From Basidiobolus meristosporus CBS 931.73 (Eukaryota > Fungi > Basidiobolomycota): DNA of 64,000 nucleotides. The stretch lies in the NCBI GenBank assembly GCA_002104905.1, contig MCFE01000034.1, positions 1 through 64,000 on the forward strand. Reading direction: 5' to 3'. Shown piece after piece: positions 42,378 to 53,500 of the stretch (within the stretch, counting starts at the first letter, position 1; each line of letters begins with the position of its first letter). The position numbers and the translations under genes were made by a program. The notes beneath the pieces were generated by a model that saw only the letters and a list, made by a program, of their open reading frames with translations, searched no databases and had not been told where the DNA came from.

Positions 42378-44486
42378 CCACACCTCCGTAATCTTAAACA
42401 TCACGAAAAGTTGTCATCAGCACCTATTATTCCCAACCTCTCGATTAATCTAATCTCGTATGCCATGGCAATATCGGCGTTGCACATGTGGCTGCAACGT
42501 TTCTGTCTGGAGGAGATTCTGACCGACTACGTTTTGATTAACCATATTTGATTCACGGTATGCAGATTTCTCCCATCCCAACCACCTGGATGCAAATATT
42601 CTGCCAACCTAGGCCTTTTTGGCGGGTGGGGACGATATTCTGACTCCGTTCTTTTTCTTGATTGCTTTGCTGGTGATCGGGATGGGGACAGTGCACGAGC
42701 CCACCAGCAAATAAACCATTGATTTGGATTCCAATGACAACCATCATGGAATATTCGGATGGTGGTGTGACTCCAAATATAGGAAATCGATACATCACAA
42801 TGACCCCTGACCACCTCCGGGCATATATTTCACCGTGGATGACTTGGAATGTTATCAGCACTTGTTTGGAGGAAAATATACTTTGGTCACGGCTTGTTTT
42901 TACTTCTTGATATACTTCTGGTGAATACCTGGTTCCATTCCCTATTTGATTTTTTGCGATTGTGTCGACTCTTCAACACGCTTTTGGTCATGGCTCCTCT
43001 CTACTAATCAACACACTTCAGCTCAAGGCTTGTTTCGATTCCTTGATACGCTGTGGTCAAGGCCAGTCTCGACTTCTTTCCTCAAGTAAACATACTTTAT
43101 TTGAAGCATATGTTCTTAAGGGAACCACGTTACCTTGGAGTTAAAAGGTTCCCCAGGCGCGCAATGTCCTCAATCGGTCGTTCGGCAAGCTCTGCAGCTT
43201 TTCTTCTCTTTGCACTGAGAACCTAGTCGAGATTTCATGAAACCAATCCAAAGCCCAAATGATGTTCCAAGTTCATATCATCGATTCCTCGGGCTTGTTG
43301 AAACATTCAAGAGCGTATGTGTGTGGTATCACCATATAGGTCCCATATCTCGTGGAGTGTTGGCTTTTTGAATGTGCAAATGTTCGTGTTGCTATGCATT
43401 GACTCAAGTGCTCAACACCGGCCGGAAAATGGTTGGTAGGAGTGGACGGGAGAAGCAATGCTGTCAGATACAATTTTCAAACGAGTCTCCACATGGCATG
43501 AAGTATATAACATTAGAACACTTGAACAGGTTTGTAATTCGATAACTTCCAATACTTCACTGATTCAAAGCGTTAACAAATATCTTTGTAACTGAATCTA
43601 AAGTTAATAATTCATGTTTGAGCAATAGCCAAGCGAAAGATTTACATCCGTTTGTCAATAAATAGCTTCAACAGCCCTTAGGGGCATCCACTGCAGCAAC
43701 GACAATTTTCGAATTAAGAAATACAATGGTGTTTAGTATGATGGCAAGCGGAATTGGAAACCCAGAGGTAATTTTGGTTGTGTGGTATTATTGGTGCAGC
43801 AGGTTTTAGTTTGGCACCTAATTATTCATCGATCTTAAATACAGCACTTTTTTGGCGATCGTATCAATGGATATTTACTTCGATATAATTTAATCAGGTA
43901 TTCACCAATCCTTGATAACAATGAACTGGTTAACTTTCTGTGCAAGCTTTGGGAATATAGTGGTACAGATATTGGTGAAAGGTCTCAGGAAGTTTTCTGC
44001 TTTTGGATATATTGGAGAACCTATGTAAGATCAGGCACTCCCATTTCTAGTGCTTGAGTGTTTTTCCTTCAATCTTTGGTTGTAATTATTTGTGGAAGTA
44101 TTGAGTAGCTTATTACTAGGTTTGGTACAAATGTTATTCAACCTAGTCTACTCCTAGAGAATGTCTTCTGGTCTACCAAATAGCTAGAGCATAAGATATT
44201 GATAGTTGAAAGCTTAGAGAAGCTTGGCATTCTGCTGGTATTATAATGGCATTCTGCTGACCTTTAACTAATTTTTTTCTTTGAGAGCATGCTGTGCATC
44301 AAGCTGATGAGTATAGATTGACAAGGAAAGTCTGGGCTATAAGATAGTACTAAGCTCTCTGTAGTGCTCTATACTGATCAGATTGGAGTGTGGTTAGTGG
44401 TGTCAAGGCTAATCAACAATATGAAACCTCTGGTATGTTGAAACTGAAACAGCTAATTATGAGTTTGGTATACCAATAGGCAATAT

Positions 44487-44835
44487 TGTTGTAAAAATTT
44501 GTAATTCCACCTGAATATTCTCCTCACTTAGACACTTAGATCATTTTCTACAAATTATAGAGAATACTGACCAAATTCCTTGTTGGGATTTACTTGGAAT
44601 ATTTTCATCAAAATATCAGGTACTCAGTACATGATAATTCCTAAGATTTTCCAAACAGCCCCAAACTTTGCACATATGTTCTTGAAATCTTTTTTAACCT
44701 ATTCTACACATTTGTAATGCCAAGACCATGTAAAAGTATAAATACTACTTTTACATTCAATAAGTCATTAAATGAAAACCATATGATCTGCTATTTCTCC
44801 CAATCACTTCCAATATCTCCAAGACTCTGACAACA
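44487..44835 (+). mobile_element. Solo LTR, copia family (long variant)
   Basis: TGTTG...CAACA with a full-length match to the family. No TSD (AATAT / CTTGT). Confidence 0.9.
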
Positions 44836-44988
44836 CTTGTGACCCTCCTAAACATATTCAATGTGCTTGTTTGCTAAACTATGTAATAGTATAAATACTA
44901 CATTGACATTCAATAAATCATCTAGTGAAAACAACATAGTCTACTTGCTCTCCCAATCACTTCCAATATTTTCAATACTCCTACAACA
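44836..44988 (+). mobile_element. 3' half of a further LTR, abutting the previous one
   Basis: GTATAAATACTAC...CCCAATCACTTCCAATATT...CTACAACA. Confidence 0.75.
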
Positions 44989-45124
44989 GAGACCACTTAA
45001 CCATATCCTATTAGGTTAAGAGGGAGCTCAGAATCTCTTAATTAGAAAATATACTCACAGATAGTGGAGGGACTTTCAGATGAGGGGAAATACCACAAAA
45101 GCTGATAAGCCCAGTAGCCTACAT

Positions 45125-45473
45125 TGTAGTAAGAGTTTTGGAGATATTGGAAGTGACTGGGTAAACAAGTAAGTTATGTAATTTTCACTAAATGATTTAT
45201 TGAATGTCAATGTAGTATTTATACTTCTATATAGTCCTGACATAAAAAAATGCGTTTAACATGTTTAGGAAGGTCCCAAGAACATGTGTACAAAGTTTGG
45301 GGCTGTTTGAACAACTTTGAGAAATCTCATGTTCTGGGTACCTGATATTTTGGTAAAAATATTTGAAGTAAATCACAACGAGGAGTTTGGTCCAAATTTT
45401 CCATAATTTGAAGGTAATGATCTAAGTGACTAAGCTGGGCAACATTAAAGGTGGAATTGCAGATTTTACAACA
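45125..45473 (-). mobile_element. Solo LTR, copia family, antisense
   Basis: TGTAG...CAACA with a reverse-complement match over the full length. No clear TSD. Confidence 0.88.
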
Positions 45474-45584
45474 TTGATAAGCCATACCAAAGCTTTTATG
45501 CAACTGAAAGCACTATAGTAAGCCTGATAATAGTGTACTAACATGTATAACTATTAAGCTTAGACTATTATGTAGCAGTACCCC

Positions 45585-45873
45585 AGGAGCTATAATTTCA
45601 ATTCAATGTAAAAGTATTAGCTATACTCCTCCAAAGTCTTGGCAAAACAAACATATTAAGTATGCTTAGAAAGGTCCTAGGTGCATATGTAAAATACTAG
45701 GGCTATTGGGGTGATTCAGAAATTCTTCATATCCTGGTTGTCTGATGTTATGGGGCAATGTCTGAGTAAGTGCCATCAAGGAATTTAGGCTGAATTCTGT
45801 ATGATTTGCAGACTTTGATCCTAGTGACTAATTAAGTGAATATTTAGGTGTAATACAAAATTCATTTGCAACA
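45585..45873 (-). mobile_element. Old diverged LTR remnant
   Basis: TTCAATGTAAAAGTA, GTCTTGGCA, AAGGAATTT, GTGACTAA and GTGAATATTTAGGTG...TTTGCAACA align to the antisense LTR with many substitutions. Confidence 0.65.
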
Positions 45874-47069
45874 CCAATGAGCTGTAATTTGAATCATTCA
45901 CTGGCCACTGAGTGCTCTGCATGATGCAATATTTGTGTGTGGATTAATTGTAGAGTTCTGGCTGTTTATACTTCAATGCTAGGGAACCTTGGTCATTCAT
46001 CTGGCTGCCACAACAACAAAAATTAAAAGTATAGAAATATATATGGCACACCTTTTTTGTTTGATTTTTTACTTCTCATCCTGGTAATATAATTGTAGTG
46101 ATGAATTTGCATCTGGAATGCATCTACTTGGAAGCTTAGCACAACCAATTAGTGTCTTCTAAGTCTTTACATGCATACTTTGCTTTTTCAGCTCTTTAGC
46201 ACTGACTTGGCAGCTTAGACAACAATGATATGAGAGCCCAGATTATGTTGAATAAAATTCTTGACACACAGATCAGGGCTAACCTCTTGGATGCTGACGT
46301 AGTCCCATCTTTGCAACAGTGGTAGTAGGGATCCAGATGTAATATAGACAGTATTAAATGAGTCACTTCATTTAAGAATCCATTGAGTTGAGATAATTGC
46401 GCGCTTTACAGTAGCAGTAATGCAGCATTAATAGAGGGTCCAGAGAGTTGTGTGATAAAGCACAGAGTCCATTGGTGGTCCATGACATTTTCTAATATTT
46501 TAAGTAATTCCACGATTTCAACAAATTGGACAAATCAGCAGCGTTGAGCGAGAATCAACCAAAAGAAATACGAGTCATATGGTGCTCAACTAATTTATTG
46601 ATGGGGTCTCTGATGCATATCAAAACATCTCACCATATCTGCTGACAAATGTATTGTTTGCCCCTTAGTGCAATAGTGTAAAGCAAAACATTAGAGCTTG
46701 GAAGGCAGAGGAAAGAAGTGTGCAAGGTTTGGGGCTATCCGTCTCCGCAATTCACAGGAATCAACATATGTGTACATGAATAATCATAAGTCCGAATCAC
46801 CATTTTAGTAATCGAAAATGCATCACATAGTGTACGAATAATATGGTGTGATGCAAATGATTTGTGACTTGCCGAGTGATAGGCAACGAAGCATGATTCC
46901 CATAAGTTTTACCCGTGACAGTTCTACGGAGAACCACATCTTTTTTACCTAAACCATACCTATCGTATCAAGCATTTCGAGTCCTGCACGTTTTCCTTCC
47001 GTGTCCAATAAGAGCTTCCGATTATTTCCAGTGTCAACAGTTTTGCCTGACAGGCACGGTTCACAGTGC

Positions 47070-47502
47070 GACACTCACAAGTCATGTTCTTGAGCAACTC
47101 AAATATGGGAGGAGACCTAGTCGCGACCCACGTGGCCTTACTGGATTAGGTGCAAATCTGTATTCAAGACCGGTCTATTGGGTTCTGGACAGAAAGATTA
47201 GCAATATTTCAGCTTATTCTGGCAAATCAGGATTCAAGTGGGATTCGGAGGCAACCACCTAGAAATATCCATCGTCATGGGTCGGTGGTAGTGCTTCAGG
47301 GGTTGCGAGTGGCTTCTGGTGGGGTACGAAAAGCAATGATTGAGTGAGCTTAAACCACAGTTTGCCTAATAAAGACTGGGAGGTGCGATTCTTTGGGTTT
47401 GATAAACTTTATGTTTATTCCTTTGAATGGCAATTCACGGGTTGTCCAATTGCTAACCAACAATGGTCATATATGGATGCGATCTATAAATATGATTTAT
47501 GC
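47070..47502 (-). promoter_or_regulatory. Non-coding block downstream of gene B, homologous to 19895-20243
   Basis: Same ordered motifs as downstream of gene A, including CACGTG at 47129-47134. Confidence 0.6.
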
Positions 47503-50500
47503 TTACATCCAATCACAAATAATGGATTGGCCAAGGGATTGGCACACCGTACCACTTGCACAATGGTTCTGAATCAGGCGTCCATTACTGCAAATGAAGA
47601 AGATTGGTGAGACGCCTGAGTCGAGGCAGCTGTACTGCCCGTTGATGCAATCTCCACTGTTGGTGATGGGTTTCACCAGTTTTTCGTCTCGCGTGACAGT
47701 GACTGTGTAAATATTGTGCAGTGTGACCGTTTGGATGCTGGTTACGGTAACTTGACTAACATCAGTTACCGAGACCATCACCGTTGCAGTAGCGCATTGA
47801 GGTGCGCATGTCGCTTCAGCGGAAGACAGAGTGAGCCGAGAAACATTTGCAGTTGCAGTTGGCTCGACAATAATGGTGCGATCGATGATCGTGCGCACGT
47901 TACCATTACCCCCGGTGAGAGTAGTGACGTGGGCAACAATCTCAGCAGATGCTTGGGGTTTGACAGTAACAGTACTGTCTTCAAGAGAACGAGCATTGCC
48001 ACTAGTTTCAGTTACAGTAACAGATGGCTCGGCAACAATGCTACCAATACCACTTACCATAGAATCGGTAGGTTCAATTGTGACAGTGCGATCAATAATG
48101 ATGTGAATATTGCTGTCGGACTCCGTTACAGTGACAGTGTGCGCATCGCTTTCCACAGAGACTATAGGCTGGATACTGACAGTGCGGTCAATCACAGTGT
48201 GGGAATTACCATTGGATTCAGTTACACTGACAGTACGTACACCACTTTCAATAGACACTGTAGGCTGGAGAGTGACAGTACGGTCAACAGCGGTATGCAT
48301 CTTGCCATCAGATTCAGCTACAGTAACAGTACGAGCACCACTTTCCACAGAGACTGTAGGTTGGACAGTAACAGTATGGTCAGCGTTGGTATGAACTTTG
48401 TCACCGCATTTAGTAACAGTAACTGTACGAGCGCCACTTTCAACAGAGACTGTTGGTTGGATAGTCACAGTGCGGTCAACGATGGTATGTACCTTGCCAT
48501 CAGATTCAGTAACAGCAACAGTACGAGCACCACTATCCACAGAGACTGTGGGCCGGATAGTGACGGCATGGTTAACAATGCTATAGACATTACCACTAGA
48601 TTTAGTTAAAGTGGTAGTTTGAACGCCACTATCCACAGAGACTGTAGGCTGGAGAGTGATAGTGCAGTCAGTAACGGTATGGACATTGTCATTAGATTCA
48701 GTTATGGTAACAGTACGAGCACCGCTTTCTACAGAAACGACTGGCAGGTCAGTTTCGGGACGGTCAATAACGGTGTGGGAATTAGCGTCGGATCCAGTTA
48801 GAGTATCAGCTCGAGCACCGCTTTCTACAGAGACTGTGTGCTGGATAGTGACAGTACGATCTATGGTCGTATGTATCTTGCCATTGGATTTGGTTACAGT
48901 AATGGTACGGGGACCTCTTTCAATTGAAACTGCTGGTTGAGCAGAAACAGTTCGGTCAACAATAGTGCAAGCCTTACCAGATGATTCAGTTGCAGTAATT
49001 GTTTGAGACCCGCCTACTACAGATACAGTAGACTGGTCAGTTACGGTACGGTCAATCACTGTATGGACGTATCTATCAGACTTAGTTACAGTGATGGAAC
49101 CAGTGCCACTTTCAACGGAAATGATAGGTTGGACGGTCTCTGCGCTGTCAACAACAGTGTGAACCTTGCCATTGGATTCAGTAATGGTGATGGTACGAGC
49201 GCCGCTTTCGACCGATACAGTAGGTTCGACGGCTACAGTCTGGTCAAGTACTGTGTGGACATTGCCATTGGATTCGGTTACAATGATTGTACGAGTACCG
49301 CTTTCTACAGAGATTGTAGGCTGTTCAGTTACAGTGGCAGTATGAGTGCCACTTTCTACAGAGATTGTAGATTGCACAGTCACTGTACGGTCATCAACAG
49401 TCTGAACCTTACCATTGGAATCTGCCATAGTGACGGTACGCGCCCCACTTTCAACAGAAACGGTCGGCTGGATAGTAACAGTGCGGTCAATAACAGTGTG
49501 AACCTTCCCATTAGATTCAGTCACCGTAAAAAATACTGTGGGTTGGATAGTGATCACGGTACGAATATTGCCATTAGATTCAGTGACAGTGACAGTACGA
49601 GCACCACTTTCCACAGAGACTGTTGGCTGGACAGTGACAGTGCGGTCAACAACGGTGCGGATATTACCATCAGATTCAGTTATAGTGACAGTACGAGCAC
49701 CACTCTCCACAGAGAATGTAGGTTTGATAGTGATAGTACGGTCAACGACGGTATGTACCTTACCATCGGATTCAGTTATAGTGACAGTACGAGCATCACT
49801 CTCCACAGAGACTGTTGGTTGGATAGTCACAGTGCGGTCAACGATGGTGTGAAAATTGCCGTTGGATTCAGTCATAGTAATGGTATGAGCACCACTCTCA
49901 ACAGATACGGTAGGCTGAACAGTCACTGTACGGTCAGCAACAGTATGAACATTGCCGTTGGAATCAGTCGCAGTAATAGTGTGAGCACCACTCTCTCCAG
50001 AAACGGTAGGCTGAACAGTAACAGTGCGGTCAACAACAGTGTGAACATTGCCGTTGGATTCAGTCGCAGTAGCGGTGCGAATACCACTTTGAACAGATAC
50101 GGTAGGCTGAATAGTAACAGTGAGGTCGATAACAGTGTGAACATTGCCGTTGGAATCAGTCATAGTAACGGTGCGAACACCACTTTGTACAGAAACGGTA
50201 GGCTGAACAGTAACAGTGCGGTCAACAACAGTGTGAACATTGCCGTCGGATTCAGTCGCAGTAATGGTGCGCGCACCACTCTCAATAGACACGGTAGGCT
50301 GAATAGTAACAGTGCGGCCAACAACAGTGTGAACATTGCCGTTGGGTTCTGTCACCGTGACTGTACGAGCACCGCTTTCAACAGAAACGGTAGCCTCCTC
50401 TGTAACGGAATACCTGTGGGTTACTGTGGGCTCAGTGATGGTCACTGTTGGTTCAGTAACAGTAATGTCGATTGAAGTATCATGTTGAATGGTGACTTCC

Positions 50501-53500
50501 TTTGAAACCTCCTCTGTAACTGAGTGCTTATAGGTCAGAGCAGGCTCAGTTACAGTGACAGTTGGTTCGGTGATTGTCACGTCAACTGAAGCTTCACGTT
50601 GAATAGTCACCTCACGGGATGGCCTCTCAGTAACGGAATGCCTATGGGCTACTGTGGGCTCAGTGATGGTCACTGTTGGTTCAGAAATAGTAATATCGAT
50701 CGAAGTATCAGGTTGAATGGTGACTTCCTTCGAAGCCTTCTTTGTAATTGAGTGCTTATAGGTCAGCGTAGGTTCAGTTACGGTGACAGTTGGTTCGGTG
50801 ATTGTCACGTCAACTGAAGCTTTACGTCGAATGGTCACCTCACGAGATGGCTTCTCAGTAACGGAATGCCTGTGGGTTACCGTGGGCTCAGTGATGGTTA
50901 CTGTTGGTTCAGTAACAGTAATGTCGATCGAAGTATCATGTTGAATGGTGACTTCCTTCGAAACCTTCTTTGTAACTGAGTACTTATAGGTCAGTGTGGG
51001 CTCAATGATGGTCACTGTTGGTTCAGTAACAGTAATGTCGATCGAAGTGTCATGGTGAATGGTGACTTCCTTCGAAGCCTCCTTTGTAACTGAGTGTTTA
51101 TAGGTCAGTGCAGGCTCAGTTACGGTGACAGTTGGTTCGGTGATTGTCACGTCAACTGAAGCTTCACGTTGAATAGTCACCTCACGGGATGGCCTCTCAG
51201 TAACAGAATGCCTATGGGTTACTGTGGGCTCAGTGATGGTCACTGTTGGTTCAGTAACAGTAATGTCGATCGAAGTATCATGCTGAATGGTGACTTCCTT
51301 CGAAGCCTCTTTTGTAACTGAGTACTTATAGGTGACCGTAGGTTCGGTCACAGTCAGTGTTGGCTCAGCGAGAGTAATGTCATTGGAAATAACTGGTCTT
51401 TCTGTTTTTACGTTATGAGACTTGATTGTTACGGTGTAATCTTTGGTAGATGTAAGCTCGGTCACGGTTATTGTTGGCTCATTGATAGTAAAATCACTCG
51501 ACACAATAGGTTGAATCGTTACTCTTCGTCCCTTTTCAGTATATGAGTGAACGATAAATTTGGTAGACTCAGTGATAGTCACAAGGGGTTCCGTAACGGT
51601 GAAATCAACAGAGATGGTCGGATGTAATGTCACTTTATCAGAAGCCGACTTAGAGCGAGATGTCCTACTAGATTCATACTCCGGCCGATGGGTAGAATCC
51701 ATGTGCTTAGACTTGACCGGTTTCTTTGATGATGTATCGTGATTCTCGCTGCGAGGGTGATTCGAAGGCTTCTCAGAATGGGTCGATTTTCCGAATTCGG
51801 TATGGACTAACTTGGAAGTTATCATTTTGTGGTGAACAGATTTGGCTTGCTCAGTGAACTTTTCAGAGAGAGCCGATTTTTTGGATCTAAGCTCTGATTC
51901 CGAATAAGTCGGTGCCATAGAGGATTCAACACGGCTTTCGCTGTGGGTACGCTCGTTAGGCTTCTCTGAATGCGACAATTTTTTGGATGCCCCGGGAGTG
52001 GGATTCGAAGTTGCCTTATCATGATCAGTAGATTTCAAGTGCTCAATGGATTTTTCGGAGTGAAGCGACTCCTTGGATCTATGTTCTGACTCTGAGTAAG
52101 TAGATTTCAAAGAGGGTTCAACATGTCTTCCACTTTGAACGTTTTTGGTGGGTTTGTCCGAATGCGAGGATTCTTCGGACTCGTTGTGGACTGACTTGGA
52201 GTGAGATGGCTCCTTAGATGTGCCTTCTGACTCTGAGTGAGTTGGCCGCGCAGACGATTCAACGTGGTTTTCACTGTGGGCGCGTTCTGTAGGCTTCCCG
52301 GAATGTGATGATGTTTCGGACACGGTGTGGATCGGCTTCAAAGTTGTCACGCCGTGCTCACCAGGCCTGGAGTGCTCACTAGGCTTGATCAATGATTCAG
52401 TATGGCTTTCATTATCAATGTGCTCAGTGAACTTCTTAATGTGCAACGATTCCTTGGGTCTGTCCTCTGAATCAGAGTGTGTAGGCTTCACAGGTGGTTG
52501 TACGTGACTCTCACGGTGGGCTTGTCCTGAGGGTTTTTCAGAACGCAACATTTTTTCGGACTCACTATGGACCGGCTTCGAAGCTGTCTTAAGGTGATCT
52601 GGAGATGCCGAGTGCTCAGTGGACTTATCAGAGTGAGAGGACTTCTTAGGTCTATGTTCCGACTCCGAGTTAGTGGGCTTCACTGATGATTCTACACGGT
52701 TTTCACTGTGGGAGTTTTCTGTGGGCTCCTCAGAGTGTTGTGATTTCTCATACTCACTATGGATCGGTTTCGTAGTTGTCTTTACGTGATCAGCTGGTTT
52801 CGAGTGCACAGTTGGCTTCATAGGGTAAGACGCCTCCTTGGGCTTGTACTCAGACTTAGAAAGAGTAGGCTTCCCAGGGGATTCAGCTTGTTGTTCACTG
52901 TTTATGCTCCCGGTAGGCTTGTCCGACTCGTTGTGGACCGGCTTTGAGTGAGATAACTCTTTAGATCTGCCTTCTGACTTCGAGTGCGTAGGCTTCATGA
53001 AGGATTGAAGGTGGCTCTCACTATGAGTATGTTCTGTGGGCATCCCAGTTTGCGATGACTTTTCGGACTTGCTGTGGGCTATCTTGGAGTGCTCGGTAGA
53101 CTTCTCGGAGTGAGACGACTCTTTAGGTCTATGTTCCGACTCCGAGTGGGTAGGATTCACAAATGATTCAATATGACGCTCACTGTGAACATGTTCCGTG
53201 GGCTTCTCTGATTGCGCTGATTTGTCAGAATCGGTGTGGACTGACTTCGAAGTTGGCATGTTATGATCAGCGGAATTAGAGCGCTCGCTGGGCTTACTAA
53301 AATGATATGGTTCCCTAGGTCTGTGCTCTGATTCCGAGTGGGTAGGCTTCGTGGATGAATCTACATTAGTTTGCGAGTGGATGTGCTCAGTTGACTTCTT
53401 AGAGTGCGACGGTTCCTTGGGTTTGTGAACTAATTCCGAATGAGTGGACTTCACAGATGTGACAACATGGCTTTGACTTTGAACGTGTTCGGTGGTTTTC

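Noticed and set aside
43890-44480. CpG-poor stretch briefly resembling a helicase or Helitron relic
   Set aside because: Translations do not contain the diagnostic motifs; probably old TE debris, but it cannot be classified.
47716-50475. Long plus-strand ORFs (297 aa, 490 aa and others) rich in S/N/D/G/V
   Set aside because: Antisense shadows of the Thr/Val repeats of gene B; ACN/GTN-rich codons rarely give reverse-strand stops, and the ORFs share the 96-bp period.
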